Assembly: GCF_009914755.1 (NCBI RefSeq)
Contig: NC_060939.1
Reading direction: 5' to 3' (one strand)
Source of the DNA: the human T2T-CHM13v2.0 reference genome, Homo sapiens
Length of the DNA: 64,000 nucleotides
In this document: in pieces, positions 1-12,460 of the stretch
Layout: each line of letters begins with the position of its first letter
How positions within the stretch are numbered: position 1 is the first letter of the stretch
Made by a program: the position numbers and the translations under genes
Notes under the pieces: generated by a model
Databases searched by the model: none
What the model was told of the DNA's origin: nothing
The model's input: the letters and a program-made list of their open reading frames with translations, nothing else

Positions 1-330
1 CCCATAACAAATACCCACCCTGGCAGATGATAACCACTGTTTACAGTTTGGTGTCTAGCCTCTGGCCTTTTTCTGTTTTTATATAAACATATATTTGTTT
101 TTCATATAAAAGTAAAGTAATTCATAATGGGTCTCTTTCTATGTCACTATGTATATATCCAGCCCATTTGTTTTTACATTTGCATTTCATTATATCGGGG
201 AAGGGGGTGGGGAATGGGAAGACTCCCAGCACACAGTGAGGAATGCCCAGTTATACAAACTCATTTTTCTCTAGAACTGTTCAGGACCTTTAATATACAC
301 AGTGACTATCCAAGAGGATGATACAGAAAG

Positions 331-1032
331 TGGTATGTGCCCCGTTATTAAACTGTTTTGTCTCAGCTGTAAATGCCACCCCCCCCCCCCCTCAACTCTG
401 CCTGTAGTGCTGGGATTACAACTCTGCAAACCTCATTTCAGCCCGCCAGATTCCCTGTTAAACTCTGCCACTAAGGGGTGCTGGTGGATGGGGATGGGGA
501 GAATGCAGGAGGGACTTCCTGTATGTTTCCTGCCTGTTTCCTGCCTGTAAGCATCCTAGCAGTGCTTCCCATTGACAGCAGCAAGTACTTTTGTAGCCCC
601 AGCTGAATAGTTTGTTTCTTTCTCAACACTTACAGAACCAGCCTCTTGCATAAGAGGTTCCCCCACCAGGTGACTGGTACCCCTACTTCAGAGGTCTGGA
701 TCCTAGACCCTCGGTGCCTCTCTTCTTTTGAGCTCAGAGTCTAGCACCCAACAAGTGGCACCCCCTCCTCAGAGATCAAAGCTTCAGCTCTGTGGTGCTT
801 TCCCACAAGCTTATAGGATTTAAAAGAATCAGCCCTATGGACACCAGCTAGTATATTTAGTAATACTAACCCTAGGGGTGAACACTCCTTCCTGCATTTG
901 CTACCTCTGTGATAACTTGGTGTGCTTCTACATCTTCAGTTGCTTGGTTAATGATTTTATACCTTTATATTAAATTCCTTCTGTTCAAATGACTGGTAGG
1001 TTTCTATCACCTTTCTGGTCTGTGACTGATAG
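331..1032 (+). mobile_element. ERVL-type solo LTR, LTR33-like (old)
   Basis: Resembles recalled LTR33 motifs (ctgtagtgctgggattacaactctgcaaac; ATTAAA then tccttctgttcaaa...tgactgata end); boundaries approximate. Confidence 0.5.
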
Positions 1033-1942
1033 GAGACAATTAATATAGACCCTTCCTTAAGGAACAGCTCAAGGGTCCAGCATTTTGCTAAACACTCTTT
1101 GAGAAAGGTAGCTCTGAGCATTACTATTAAGTTAGAAAAAAAAATCATTTAAGAAAGGCTCAATTAGACTCCATGAGCCTCCCTGTAGAAATAAGGGAAA
1201 AGAGAGCAAAGGCTATATATGCTACCAATTTAATATGCAACCATCATTTTTCAGCAACTAGGTCTGCCATTAGTGAAAAGACTTTGAAGAATCACCAAGA
1301 TGCATATTGAAAGTTAACCCTAAGGAGTTATGTTTGAGCCAAGACTTGCGGATCTTGAACATTTAATCTTCATTTGAGTTCATTTTATCATTTGTTAAAG
1401 TCTTTTAGTCATTTTGGCTTAACCATTTGTCATGCTCCTTTTCTCTTAGATGTGTGGATTGGGACACCTTTTCTTTAAAATATAGTGCTCAACCCAAAAA
1501 GCCATGAATATTCCCTCTCCACTTTACAAAGCTAATTAAATTCTCTTTCCTACAATAGTATTGATTCTTCCTGCCAACTTTTCCTTTAAAATATCATTCA
1601 CACTCATCTTTTCCTACTCATTTCAGCTGCCACAACTTTCCTTTGCTTTCTTCTTCTCCTGCCTGGCCTGCTGTAGGAATCTTTCGACTATTCTAACTTC
1701 CAGCAGCTCCCTATTCCAGTTCACCCCCGCCATGTCATTACCAGACTGATTTGCTGTATTCACTAATTCCTCTGGTCGAAGCTCTTTCTTCAAAGTTTCC
1801 CACGTATCCACAGGTCCAACTTCCTTAGCATGATGTTCAGGTCTCCCTCAATCTAATCTTTGCAGTTTGATCTTCAGCAACTTATTTTCCTGACCCTATT
1901 ACTGCGGTCAAACAACTTACTCATTGTTCTTAAATTGGCTGT

Positions 1943-1946
<4 letters not shown>

Positions 1947-1990
<44 letters not shown>
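1947..1990. repeat. (T)44 homopolymer
   Basis: 44 uninterrupted T. Confidence 0.98.
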
Positions 1991-1992
<2 letters not shown>

Positions 1993-2096
1993 CTACAAGC
2001 TTTTCCTTACTTCATTGCCCTAATCAAGAATGTCCTACCTGTTCTTACTTCCCATCCAAATATCCTCTGGTCTTCAAGGCCTAAATCATTGCCCCC

Positions 2097-2413
<317 letters not shown>

Positions 2414-2489
2414 TAAGCAGTCTTTCCTTACTCCTCTAGTAAGCTCATCTTCTTTCCCTGAACTCCTACATCCCTCAGTGTTTTTACTC

Positions 2490-2690
2490 CTTAATAATAC
2501 TAGCTACCATTTATTGAGCATCTACTACATGACAGGTATGTAGCTGGATACCTGATTATCACTAATCCTCTCTACCCTTTATCCTGTTTTGGATAAATAA
2601 ATGGAGACTCAGAGAGGTTGAGAGTTTCCTGAGGTCATGTAGCTTGTAAAGAGGTAGAGTTTAGGGTAGAGGCTTCCTTCTTCAATTTTA
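2490..2690 (-). mobile_element. MIR SINE remnant
   Basis: catttattgagcatctact...ggagactcagagaggttga...gaggtcatgtagcttgtaa, typical MIR core. Confidence 0.7.
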
Positions 2691-5584
2691 CCATGCTGTT
2701 ACCTGTTGACCTTCAAGTCAGAAGGCCTGGGTATAACCCAGGCTCTGTCACTAATTAGCAGTCAAACCTTGCATGGATCATTTCACTTCCATGGACTTAA
2801 TTTTTATAGCTCCATGGCTCCTCCTATCACTAACATTCTGAGATGCCATTCACAGAGGGTAGTGAATCTCATTATGCTTTTCTAGATGAGAGAAAAGGCC
2901 TCAGACAATCCAGACTGGTGTTTTTATTGAGCCTTGAATTCCCAGGAAACGGGAGATGTGGTGGGGTCGGGACACGGAAGCCATTGTTCTTTGCAGGATG
3001 CTTGGAGGCATCTTGTCATATTGAATTAAGCATTTATCTTTATTTAGAAACTCCAGAAATTTTACAGGAAGGGTTTGTTAAGGAGAGGGTTGAAATTGTC
3101 AACCTGCCATAGAATCGCAGATGAACAAAAGCTGTAGAGAGTTCCTTTTTCCCCTGGATAGCAGAGGGGTTTGCCTTTTCATTTTGTGGGCCTTATGGAA
3201 GAGCAGACACATGTCTCTTTTTACAGACGGGAGATTTTGTTCAGCAACTGCCAAACCAACCTGGGCCAAACCCCATGGAGACTATTTGAGAGCTGGAGAT
3301 GTGCAGCTTTTGCTTGAACATATATCCTGACCCTTGAGCCTTGCGGGCTGAAATTGCACAGCACTGACAGAGCCATGCACACTGAAAAAGGAAGCTAATA
3401 TCAAGGCAGAGAGGGGTCCATTTCAGTCACCGTTAAGTTGAATTCCTCAATGTCCTTACCCTGACCCTTGTTGTGGAAAGAATATGGCCTTTAAATTTAG
3501 GCAAACTGGATTTACAACCTGGCTCTTGTTATTCACCTTACTTTCAGTTTCTTGTTTAATAAATGAGAGTCACACTACTCACCTTATTGCATCATTTTTA
3601 AAATGAAAAGAAGTGATGAACATAAAGCACCTATATCAAAGTAGATACTCAACAAAGATTAGTTTCTCTCTCCACTTGTATCTTACATAGTTAACCCAGT
3701 ACCAGCAACTAAACTGTATTTCTGAATTCAAATGGAGGTGTTGGTGGGGAGGGTAGGTTAAGACGGCATGTCAGAGAAAGAGGCCACATGAACACTATCC
3801 CACTCCATACATTCTCTCCTCATTTGAATATCCCATTTGTCAATTTTGCAAGAAAGTTAAAAAAAAAAACAAACCACTCATTGTTTAGGAGATTTCACGC
3901 TTTCCCTCCATCTTGCTTCTTGATGTAAATCCCAAAACAGTCCGTGCAGCATTTCTCAGCACTGCTAGCACCAATCCCAAGAAGTGGTTCTTCTAGCGCG
4001 CTTTTAAGGGCTCGCATGACTAATAAAGTGTGACATGGCTAAGATTTGCTAGCCTTCTCTTCAGTGCGTACATTCTAGCTGACAAAATATGGCTAAATTT
4101 AGCTGCCTTCAGACAACAAGCGTCTTACAAACAAAGAGGGCCGCAAAGGCGAAAATGAGCCATGACATGTCTCTGTCCTAACATGGATCTGCCCAGTATC
4201 GCCTTGGTACCCCAGCCCTCAGCAAAGACATCTATGCGTACGGGCAGTGTCTGAACTGGGTGCTGACGGTGGCAAGGTAGACTCTAGGTAAGGTGGTTTT
4301 CTTGTGGACTCTGACCCAAGGGTCCTTACCAAGGTGGAAGGATGGGGGTTTAGGCAGCAACAGAGTGAGTGAAGATAATAATCATAATGCCAGAGGTTTC
4401 CTTAGCCCTGACTGTGAGCCACCCTATGCTCTAACCACAACACCCCACTGCCTCCAATAACAATGCATTATCAAGACTGGAAGAGAGCCCAGAGAACATT
4501 TAACTTAACACTCAAATTTTGTGCTTGCAACCATCAAGGCCCCCAAATGGGAAGCAACTTTTTCAGGGTCCCATAGCCAAAGGGTGGCTGGTTTAAGACA
4601 GGAGCACCATGCTGCTGCCTCTCGGTCAACTTAAACTGCTTCACAGGAAAGAGAAGCGTGGGAAATCTGCCCAGACATATGGGAGGCACTTTGTGGAGGA
4701 GAATCATATGTTGCTAGAGCATTCTGAGAGCTAAAACTGTCTCCCTTCCAGTCCAAAGTTTGTGTAGCTGGATCCAAAACACTGTAAATGTATTTGGCAT
4801 AGATGACACAAAGAAACTGACCTTTCTGTGGCAGGGAGGGGCACTGAACGTGACAGTGGACACTCCCTGAGTTCAGCCAGACACCCTAGAGCAGCCAAGT
4901 AAGGACCGCCAATCGACTGGAGGCTCAGATTCAAGTTCCACTGAAGCTCAAAGGAAGAGAGCCACAGTCCCCTGGGGGTGTCAGTGATGGAGCATGGAGG
5001 GAAATAGAACGATGCCTTTCGGTCCATTGTTGGAATTTCTGATCCAGGCACATCCTCTGAGTGCTGGGTATCACTTGTTGACAAGTGCATCTTTACCACC
5101 CCCTTATGCCCTCCCAGTGTCTCAGGGGAATGATGGCTGGGAACTGCTTTGTTCAGACTCCTGTGCCAGCAGGGTTCCTGATACGGTTGCAGTTCTCCCC
5201 GCAAGATGCACTCATATGAGTGGTAGAAGTAGAAGCCATTGTTCCTCAGGCAGGGCGGGTGAACACATGGCTTTAGCCGCATGTTATCAGTCGCATCCAT
5301 GTTCCTCTGACTGGCAGGGGTTACAGGGCCACCTGTGAACACCGCCTGTAGAGGTTTTCTGCAGTTTCTTGACCCCTGGGAGGTGGTGATAGCTTCCTGA
5401 TTCTCAGAATCACAGCTTGGTGGTAAAGCTGAAAGCCAGTGGCTGACCCCTTGTTTCAACTTATCCAGCTGGTCCTTACAAAGCTTCTGAAAGCGCCCGA
5501 TTCCCTGTGTTCCGTCCTTTTGTTTGAAATATATAAAGTGGCTTCTGTCCTCTTGACTTAGCTCTGTTGCTGAATACATTTAGT

Positions 5585-5790
5585 TATAATCAGAAGTAAT
5601 TTGTAAAACACTTTCCTTGTGCTAGGACTATGCTAAGCATCATCTCATTCGATCTTCACTATAAGAACATAATCGTTCTCCTTATACAGATGAAAAAATG
5701 AAGGATTAAGTAGATAAAGTGACTTCCTGGGCTCACCCAGTTAGTGAATGGCAAGCTAAGGTGATCTGACTCCAGACTCTTAGCCACTTT
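5585..5790 (-). mobile_element. MIR SINE remnant
   Basis: acagatgaaaaaatgaagg...aagtgacttcc...gctcacccagttagtgaatggca...tctgactccaga. Confidence 0.7.
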
Positions 5791-8700
5791 GAAAATTGGC
5801 CCCCTTCATTTCCAGATGACAGCCTACCTCAGGAGCATCATGCCTAAGGCTACCATCTAGGATGAGCGGAATCTCAAAGGAAGGAGAAAAAAGTCAGGGT
5901 TTCAAAGAGGAAAACCAAGGGACTTATTCCTTGTCCCTCCTCTACAGCTGTTCCATAGCTGATGAAATTCCACAAATATGCGCCAAGCTCCATGTACCCA
6001 ACCCCCCACCTTGCATGTCCTTACTCTGTTACTCCTCACCATCACCTGCGTGATAGGGATTACTGCTGTCATTTTGTGGATGAGGCCAACTCAGATCTCC
6101 TCCATGGAGCCTTCTTCACTTGACCACCTGCCCCAGTCAGAAGGAAGGCTTCCCTTGCATTAATTAGTGAAGGAATGGCAAACTGTTTCTAGCTCTCGTG
6201 TGGCAGGGATCTCAATTCATTTTGGATTGGGGTAAGCTGCATGTACGTTCACCTCTCCTGTTGGTTTGTGTCAGTTGCCAGGTGGCACCTTTAAATCAGA
6301 CTACAGCAGGACCTTGAAGATGCCTCCTTGCTCTTTAATGGGGTCTCCAGAAGAACCCTGACCATCAGAATTTGGTTATACAATCCCCCAGCTCCTCTTC
6401 AAAGTCCCATTTCCTAACACATCTGCTTCCCTAAGTTTCTGACCTTGACTCCTGACCACCGCTCTGAGTCAGGTATGTGCTCACTTAGCTCTGCTTATCC
6501 TTTGACCTGACACCTGCTAATTGCCTGGTACATATAAACTGGAGCTGGATCTATACTGACAGATTGTTCTCACAACTCTCAATGGTCTGACTTACTTTTT
6601 CCAGGAATAATTCCAGTGCTCACATGGTATATTACTCCTCGACCCTATTTCTGATTGCCAGATAGCCTTGGGGTTTCTCACTGCCAGCCCAGTGACCCAT
6701 TCTTGGTAGAGACTTGAGAAACGTCTGCTGAGTTGAAATAAAAGTGTATCTCCATAATTTGGGGAAAAAAACCTCAGAAATGAAAGATTACTGAAATTGA
6801 CAGTTATCAAAGGAGAAAGAAGGTGTCATCTGCCATATCGGGGGCACTAGGTAGGTCAGGGAGGATGAGGATGGCTCAAAAGGTATTTGAGGAGGTGTTT
6901 GTCAGTTTGATTAGAGAATTCAGACAAAGCAGATTAGATAGGATCCAAAAGAAAGAAGAAAGATGCATGAAAGCGACTGAAAGTAGAGACCACATGGGGC
7001 TTTATAAAGCTGAAAGGCAGACCCGGGGAAGCAATTGTCAGGGGATAAGTGTCAAGAAAAGGCTTTGTAGGGAAAAGAGGCACAGGAGGGAAGGGGAGAG
7101 GAGAGAGTGAGCTCTCAGAAGATGGAATATAAAATAGGGAAACAGGTCAAAAGCTTAGGAAACATATTAAAAGGGAACAGAGAAGAATAAAAAAAAGAAG
7201 AAAGATGATAGGAAAGAGCAGGAGAAAGACAACTACAAATTCCACTAAGAATTAAAAACGAACAGGAAGATCACTGAAAAATCCTTCATGAGAGCAAAAT
7301 GAGCTAAATGCATACTGGGAGATTCCTGTCATTGCTCCGAAGTTTTTGAGTTTTCAGAAACACTTCTGGCACTTCCATGATACAGGCATACCTCGGAGAT
7401 ATTGAGTTCCAGACCACCACAATAAAGCAAGTCACACAAATTTTTTAGTTTTCCTAGTGCATATAAAAGTTATGTTTGCACTATGCTGTAGTGTATCATG
7501 TGTGCAATTGCATTATGTTTTAAAAACCAGTACACACACCTTATTTTAAAATACTTTATTGCTAAAAAAAAATGCTAACGATCATCTGAGCCTTCAGAGA
7601 GTCATAACCTTTTTGCTGGTGGGAGGTATCGCCTTGATATTAGTGGTTGCTGATGGATCAAGGTGACTGTACTGAAGGTTGGGATGGATGTGGCAATTTC
7701 TTAAAATAAGGCAGCAGTGAAGTTTGTTGCATCAGTTGACTCTTCTTTTCATGAAATCTTTCTCTGTAGCACATGATGCTGCTTGACAGCATTTTGTCCA
7801 CAGCAGTACTTCTTTCAAAATTGGAGTCAATCCTCTCAAACATCGCCACTGCTTTATCAGCTAAGTTTGGGTGGTATTCTAAATCCTTTGTCGTCATCTC
7901 AACAATGTTCACAGCATCTTCACCAAGCACAGATTCCATCTCAAGGAAACACTTTCTTTGTTCATCCCTAAGAAGCAACTCATCTGTTTAAATTATATCA
8001 TGAGATTGCAGCAATTCAGTCATATCTTCAGGCTCTACTTCTAATTCTAGTTCTCTTGCTAGTTCCACCACATTTGCAGTTAGTTTCTCCTCTGACGTCC
8101 TGAACCTCTCAAAATCATTCATGAGGGCTAGAATCTTTCAGAAGATTTGAAAAAAGGAATGGATGTCTTTCAAATACCTGTTAATGTTGATATTTTGACC
8201 TCCTTCCATGAATCACTAATGTTCTTAAATGGCATCTAGAATGGTGAATCCTTTCCAGAACTCTTTCAATTTGCTTTGCCCAGGTCTATCAAAGGAATCA
8301 CTATCAATGGCAGTTATAGCCTTACAAAATGTATGCCTTCAATAATAAAATTTGAAAGTCAAACTGACTCCTTGATCGATGGGCTACAGAATGGGTGTTG
8401 TGTTAGTCTTGAAAACAACATGAACCTCCTGGTACATCTCCATCAGAACTCTTGGGGGGTCCAGGTCCACTGTCAATGAAACCATGCAGTAAACACATGT
8501 GCTGCCTTCAAGCCTTTGTTGTTTTATTTCTAGGGCACAGGCAAAGGAGATTTAACATAATCCTTAAGGGGACTAGGATTTTTTCAGGATGGTAAATGAA
8601 CATTGGTTTCAACTTAAAGTCACCAGCTGCATTAGCACCTAACAAGAGAGTTAGCTTGTTCTTTGATGCTTTGAAGCCAGGCATTGTCTTGTCCTCTCTA

Positions 8701-9120
8701 GCTATGAAAGTCCTAACTGGCAAATTCTTCCAATAGAAGGCTGCTTTGTCTACACTGAAAATCTGTTGTTTAGTGTAGCTGCCTTCATCTATGATATTAG
8801 CTAGAACTTCTGGATAACTGCTGCAGCTTCTACATCAGCACTTGCTGCTTCACCTTGCACTTTTATGTTCTGGAGATGGCATCTTTCCTCAAATCTCATG
8901 AACCAACCTTTACCAGCTTCAGACTTTTCTTCTACATCTCCCCCACCTCTCTCAGCCTTTGCGGAATTTAAATGAGTCAGGGCTTTGCTCTGGATTAGGC
9001 TTTGACTTAAGGGAATGCTGTGGCTGGTTTGATATTCTATCCAGACCACTCAAAATTTCCCCATATCAGCAATAAGCCTATTTTGTTTTCTTATCTTTGG
9101 TATGTTTACCGTAGTGACAC

Positions 9121-9353
9121 TTTTTTTTGAGATGGAGTCTCGCTCTGTCGCCCAGGAAGCAATTCCCCTGCCTCAGCCTCCTGAGTAGCTGGGATTACAG
9201 GTGCACGCCACCATGTCCTGCTAAATTTTTTGTATTTTTACTACAGATGGGGTTTCACCATGTTGGCCAGACTGGTCCTGAACTCCTGACCTCAGGCTAT
9301 CCACCTGCCTTGGCCTCCCAAAGTGCTGGTGGCATGAGCCACCACTCCTGGCC
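9121..9353 (-). mobile_element. AluS with internal deletions, inserted in Tigger1
   Basis: Antisense Alu; cccagg joined directly to aagcaattc (about 50 bp missing); TSD gtagtg(a/g)cactttt on both sides. Confidence 0.92.
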
Positions 9354-9672
9354 TGTAGTGGCACTTTTAATTTCCTTCCAGAACTTTTTGTTTGCATTCA
9401 CAACTTGGCTAACTGGTGCAAGAGGCCTACCTTTTGGTCTGTCTTGGTTTTTGGCATGCCTTCTTCACTAAGCTTAATCATTTTTCACTTTTAACTTAAA
9501 ATGAGAGACATGTGACTCTTCCTTTTACTTCAACACTTAGAGGCCATTGTAGAGTTTTAATCCTGGCCTAATTTCAGTATTGTGTTTCATGGAATAGGGA
9601 GGCCTGAGGGAAAGAGACATGGGAATGGCTAGTTGGTGGAGCACTCAGAACACATAAAACTTATATTGATTA

Positions 9673-9968
9673 GGCCAGGCACAGTGGCTCACGCCTGTAA
9701 TCCCAGCACTTTGGGAGGCCGAGGCGAATCACAAGGTCAGGAGTTCGAGACCAGCCTGGCCAACATGGTGAAACCCTGTCTCTACTAAAAATACAAAAAA
9801 AAAAAAAAAACTAGCTGGGTGTAGGGGTGCACACCTGTAATCCCAGCTACTCAGAAGGCTGAGGCAGGAGAATCGCTTGAACCTAGGAGGCGGAGGTTGC
9901 AGTGAGCCGAGCTCGCGCCACTGCACTCCAGCCTGGGTGACAGAGAAAGACTCTGTCTCAAAAAAAAA
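9673..9968 (+). mobile_element. Alu (AluSg-like), inserted in Tigger1
   Basis: ggccaggcacagtggctc...ctctgtctc + A-tail; TSD aaaactt(a/t)tattgatta. Confidence 0.93.
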
Positions 9969-10261
9969 CTTTTATTGATTAAATGCCTTATCAGCTTGTT
10001 GACTTGTTGTCTTATATGAGTACTGTTCATAGTGCCCCAAAACAATTACAATAGTAACATCAAAGATCACTGATCACAGATCACCATAACAAACATAATA
10101 ATAAAAAAACTTTGAAATATTGTAACAGTTACCAATGTGTGACAGAGACACAAAGTGAGAACACGCTGGTGGGAAAATGGCACCATTAGACCTGTTCAAT
10201 GCGTGGTCACCACAAACCTTCAATTTACAGCAAGTGCAGTATCTCTGAAGTGCAATAAAGT

Positions 10262-10688
10262 TATGGTGGTTAATACTGTCAACTTGACTGAAGGATGCAA
10301 GGTATTCATCCTGGGTGTGTCTGTGAGGGTATCGCCAAAGGAGATTATCATTTGAGTCAGTGGGCTGGGGAAGACAGACTCACCCTTAATCTGGTGGGCA
10401 CAATCTAATCAGCCGCCAGTGAATATAAGGCAGGCAGAAAAACATGAAAAGGAGGGAGACGGGCCTAGCTTCCCAGGCTACATCTTTCTCCCATGCTGGA
10501 TGCTTCCTGCCCTCTGATGTCAGACTCCAAGTTCTTCAGTTTTGAGACTTGGAGTGGCTCTCCTTGCTCCTCAAGCTTGCAGACAGCCTATTTTGGGACC
10601 TTGTGATCATGTAAGTTATAAGTTAATACTTAATAAACTCATATATATTCTATTAGTTCTGTCCCTCTAGGGAATCCTGACCAATACA
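10262..10688 (+). mobile_element. MLT2A solo LTR (HERV-L LTR)
   Basis: tggttaatactgtcaacttga...gggtgtgtctgtgaggg...AATAAA...ctgaccaataca; perfect 5-bp TSD AAAGT at 10257-10261 and 10689-10693. Confidence 0.9.
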
Positions 10689-10724
10689 AAAGTAAAGCAC
10701 AATAAAATAAAATAAGACGTGTGT

Positions 10725-11105
10725 ATATTGGTAAACCTATGCTAGAGTGAACATCAATAACAAACCATCCGCAAATTTCATTGCCTTGAATGACAGTGGT
10801 TTGTTTCTTGCTCATGCTATAGGCTCATTGTGGGCCAACTGCTATTCTGTCCTCACTTAGAGACCCAGACTGAAGGAGGCTGCATCTCACTGTGTCCCCA
10901 AATGCTGAGACAGAAAAAGAACATGGAGAATCACGTGCTGGCTGTTAAAGCTTCTGCCTGAGACTGAAGCATATCGTGTCCACTTACATTTCATGGACCA
11001 CCAGTGAGTCACATGGCTATGGCTGACATCCCAGGAAGTGAGAGTGTCATCCTACTACATACTCAAAAGAGATAGAAATACTTGATCAACAGAATTAAAG
11101 ACTAG
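10725..11105 (-). mobile_element. Old MaLR LTR (MLT1K-like)
   Basis: taacaaac...gtttcttgctcatgc...ctgttaaagcttctgcc...cacttacatttcatggacc...gagtcacatggc motifs. Confidence 0.55.
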
Positions 11106-11642
11106 TATGTGGTAAATTCTCTGGTTCCCTATTTCCAGCCTGGCATTTTCTTCTCCAGAATTCCCAGAGCCATAAAGTGGCAGAGTAGGAAGGAAGGAAC
11201 CTGGCAAAGTGCCTAGCCTAGCTTTTCAAACTTTTTGGTAGGGAAACTGAATCTCAAAGAGATGAAGTGGCTTATTGAGGACCACGCTGCTGATGGAACA
11301 GCCAAGCCCCTGATTCTCTGCTTTCCTTGCTGCTTGGACCACACCAGGGCACTTGTATTAGTTTAACAAATATCTACTCATTTGAACTACCAGATTCATT
11401 TCATTTTGGAACAGGCTTTTAATTACTACTATAAGAAAAGGAAGGGTTCTTGCCAAATGCCTGGGTGCTGCCAAGTTCCTTGTACCTCCAATAACGAATC
11501 CCAACCATATAAATAAATAGAAGGTAATTAAGAGTTTGAAATAAGAATTTGGGTAGGATTAGAGAGAAATGTTTGATGATACACATTATCACTTCTGCAA
11601 AACATAGAATTATTTTTGGCCATTAGAAGAGACATGCATAAC

Positions 11643-11716
11643 TATATATGCATATATATACATATGCATATATATACACACACACATATATATATACACA
11701 CACACACACCACATAT
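11643..11716. repeat. (TA)n/(CA)n compound microsatellite
   Basis: tatatatgcatatatatacat...cacacacac. Confidence 0.85.
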
Positions 11717-12460
11717 GTATAGAAATATATTTGCATCTATGTAGACTATTTCCAGAAAGATGTCCAAGAAAGTGGTAATAGTGGGAGGGCATCTGTGAGC
11801 AAGAGAGAGACATACATTTTCCCATATGCCCTATTGTACTGTCTGGAATTTTCTACCATGCGTGTATTACTTTTTCAATAAAAATAGTTAATAAAAAACA
11901 CAAGTAAGATTTTTAAAAGTAACAGATGTCAAAACATGCTTAATGGGGCTCTGCAGTATCTTTCAGAGTAATGTGAAGCAGAACAAGATGAGGAGAAAGA
12001 CGAAAATGGAAGCAACTGACAGCACTTTCCAGCAGGCAGTACATTTTTTAGCAAGTTGCAATATATTTTTATGTCAGACAAGCATAATTTAAATATCATT
12101 AGGCTGGGATAGTCAAGATCTGGGTTCAAGCCCCCCAAATGCACTGTAATCTTTTACTGTTACTCTGGGAGGAAATTACTTGAACCTCTCTGTGGTTCAG
12201 ATTTACTATCTGTTAATAGGCCAAGATTTGGGTTTCTTCCATCGAGGTCTGCTTGTGCACTGGCCACTTGGATTTTATTAAAGAGCCAGCACATGCAGTA
12301 GAAAGATCACAGACATGCTCTGGTTTGCATTCTACACCACCAACTTACTAACTGTTACATTTTAGACCTTGAGCAAATTTTTTAAATCTCCCTCCATTTT
12401 CTATAAGGTTGGGTAATGTCTGCCTTCCAAATTGCTGCAAAGATTAACTAAATGGCAATA

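Larger units (their letters stand above)
7383..10724 (-). mobile_element. Tigger1 DNA transposon (TcMar-Tigger), near full length, decayed transposase, interrupted by 2 Alus and an MLT2A
   Basis: TA+CAGGCATACCTC TIR at 7381-7394; pogo-type transposase fragments on minus (ORFs 8801-9049, 8508-8723 [27 protein letters not shown], 7658-7978); degenerate far end aaagcacaataaaa...gtgtgta near 10724; about 2.35 kb after removing inserts. Confidence 0.92.

Noticed and set aside
7658-9049. Domesticated TIGD/CENPB-like transposase gene
   Set aside because: The frame is broken by stops and frameshifts and the element is interrupted by Alus; ordinary Tigger1 fossil.
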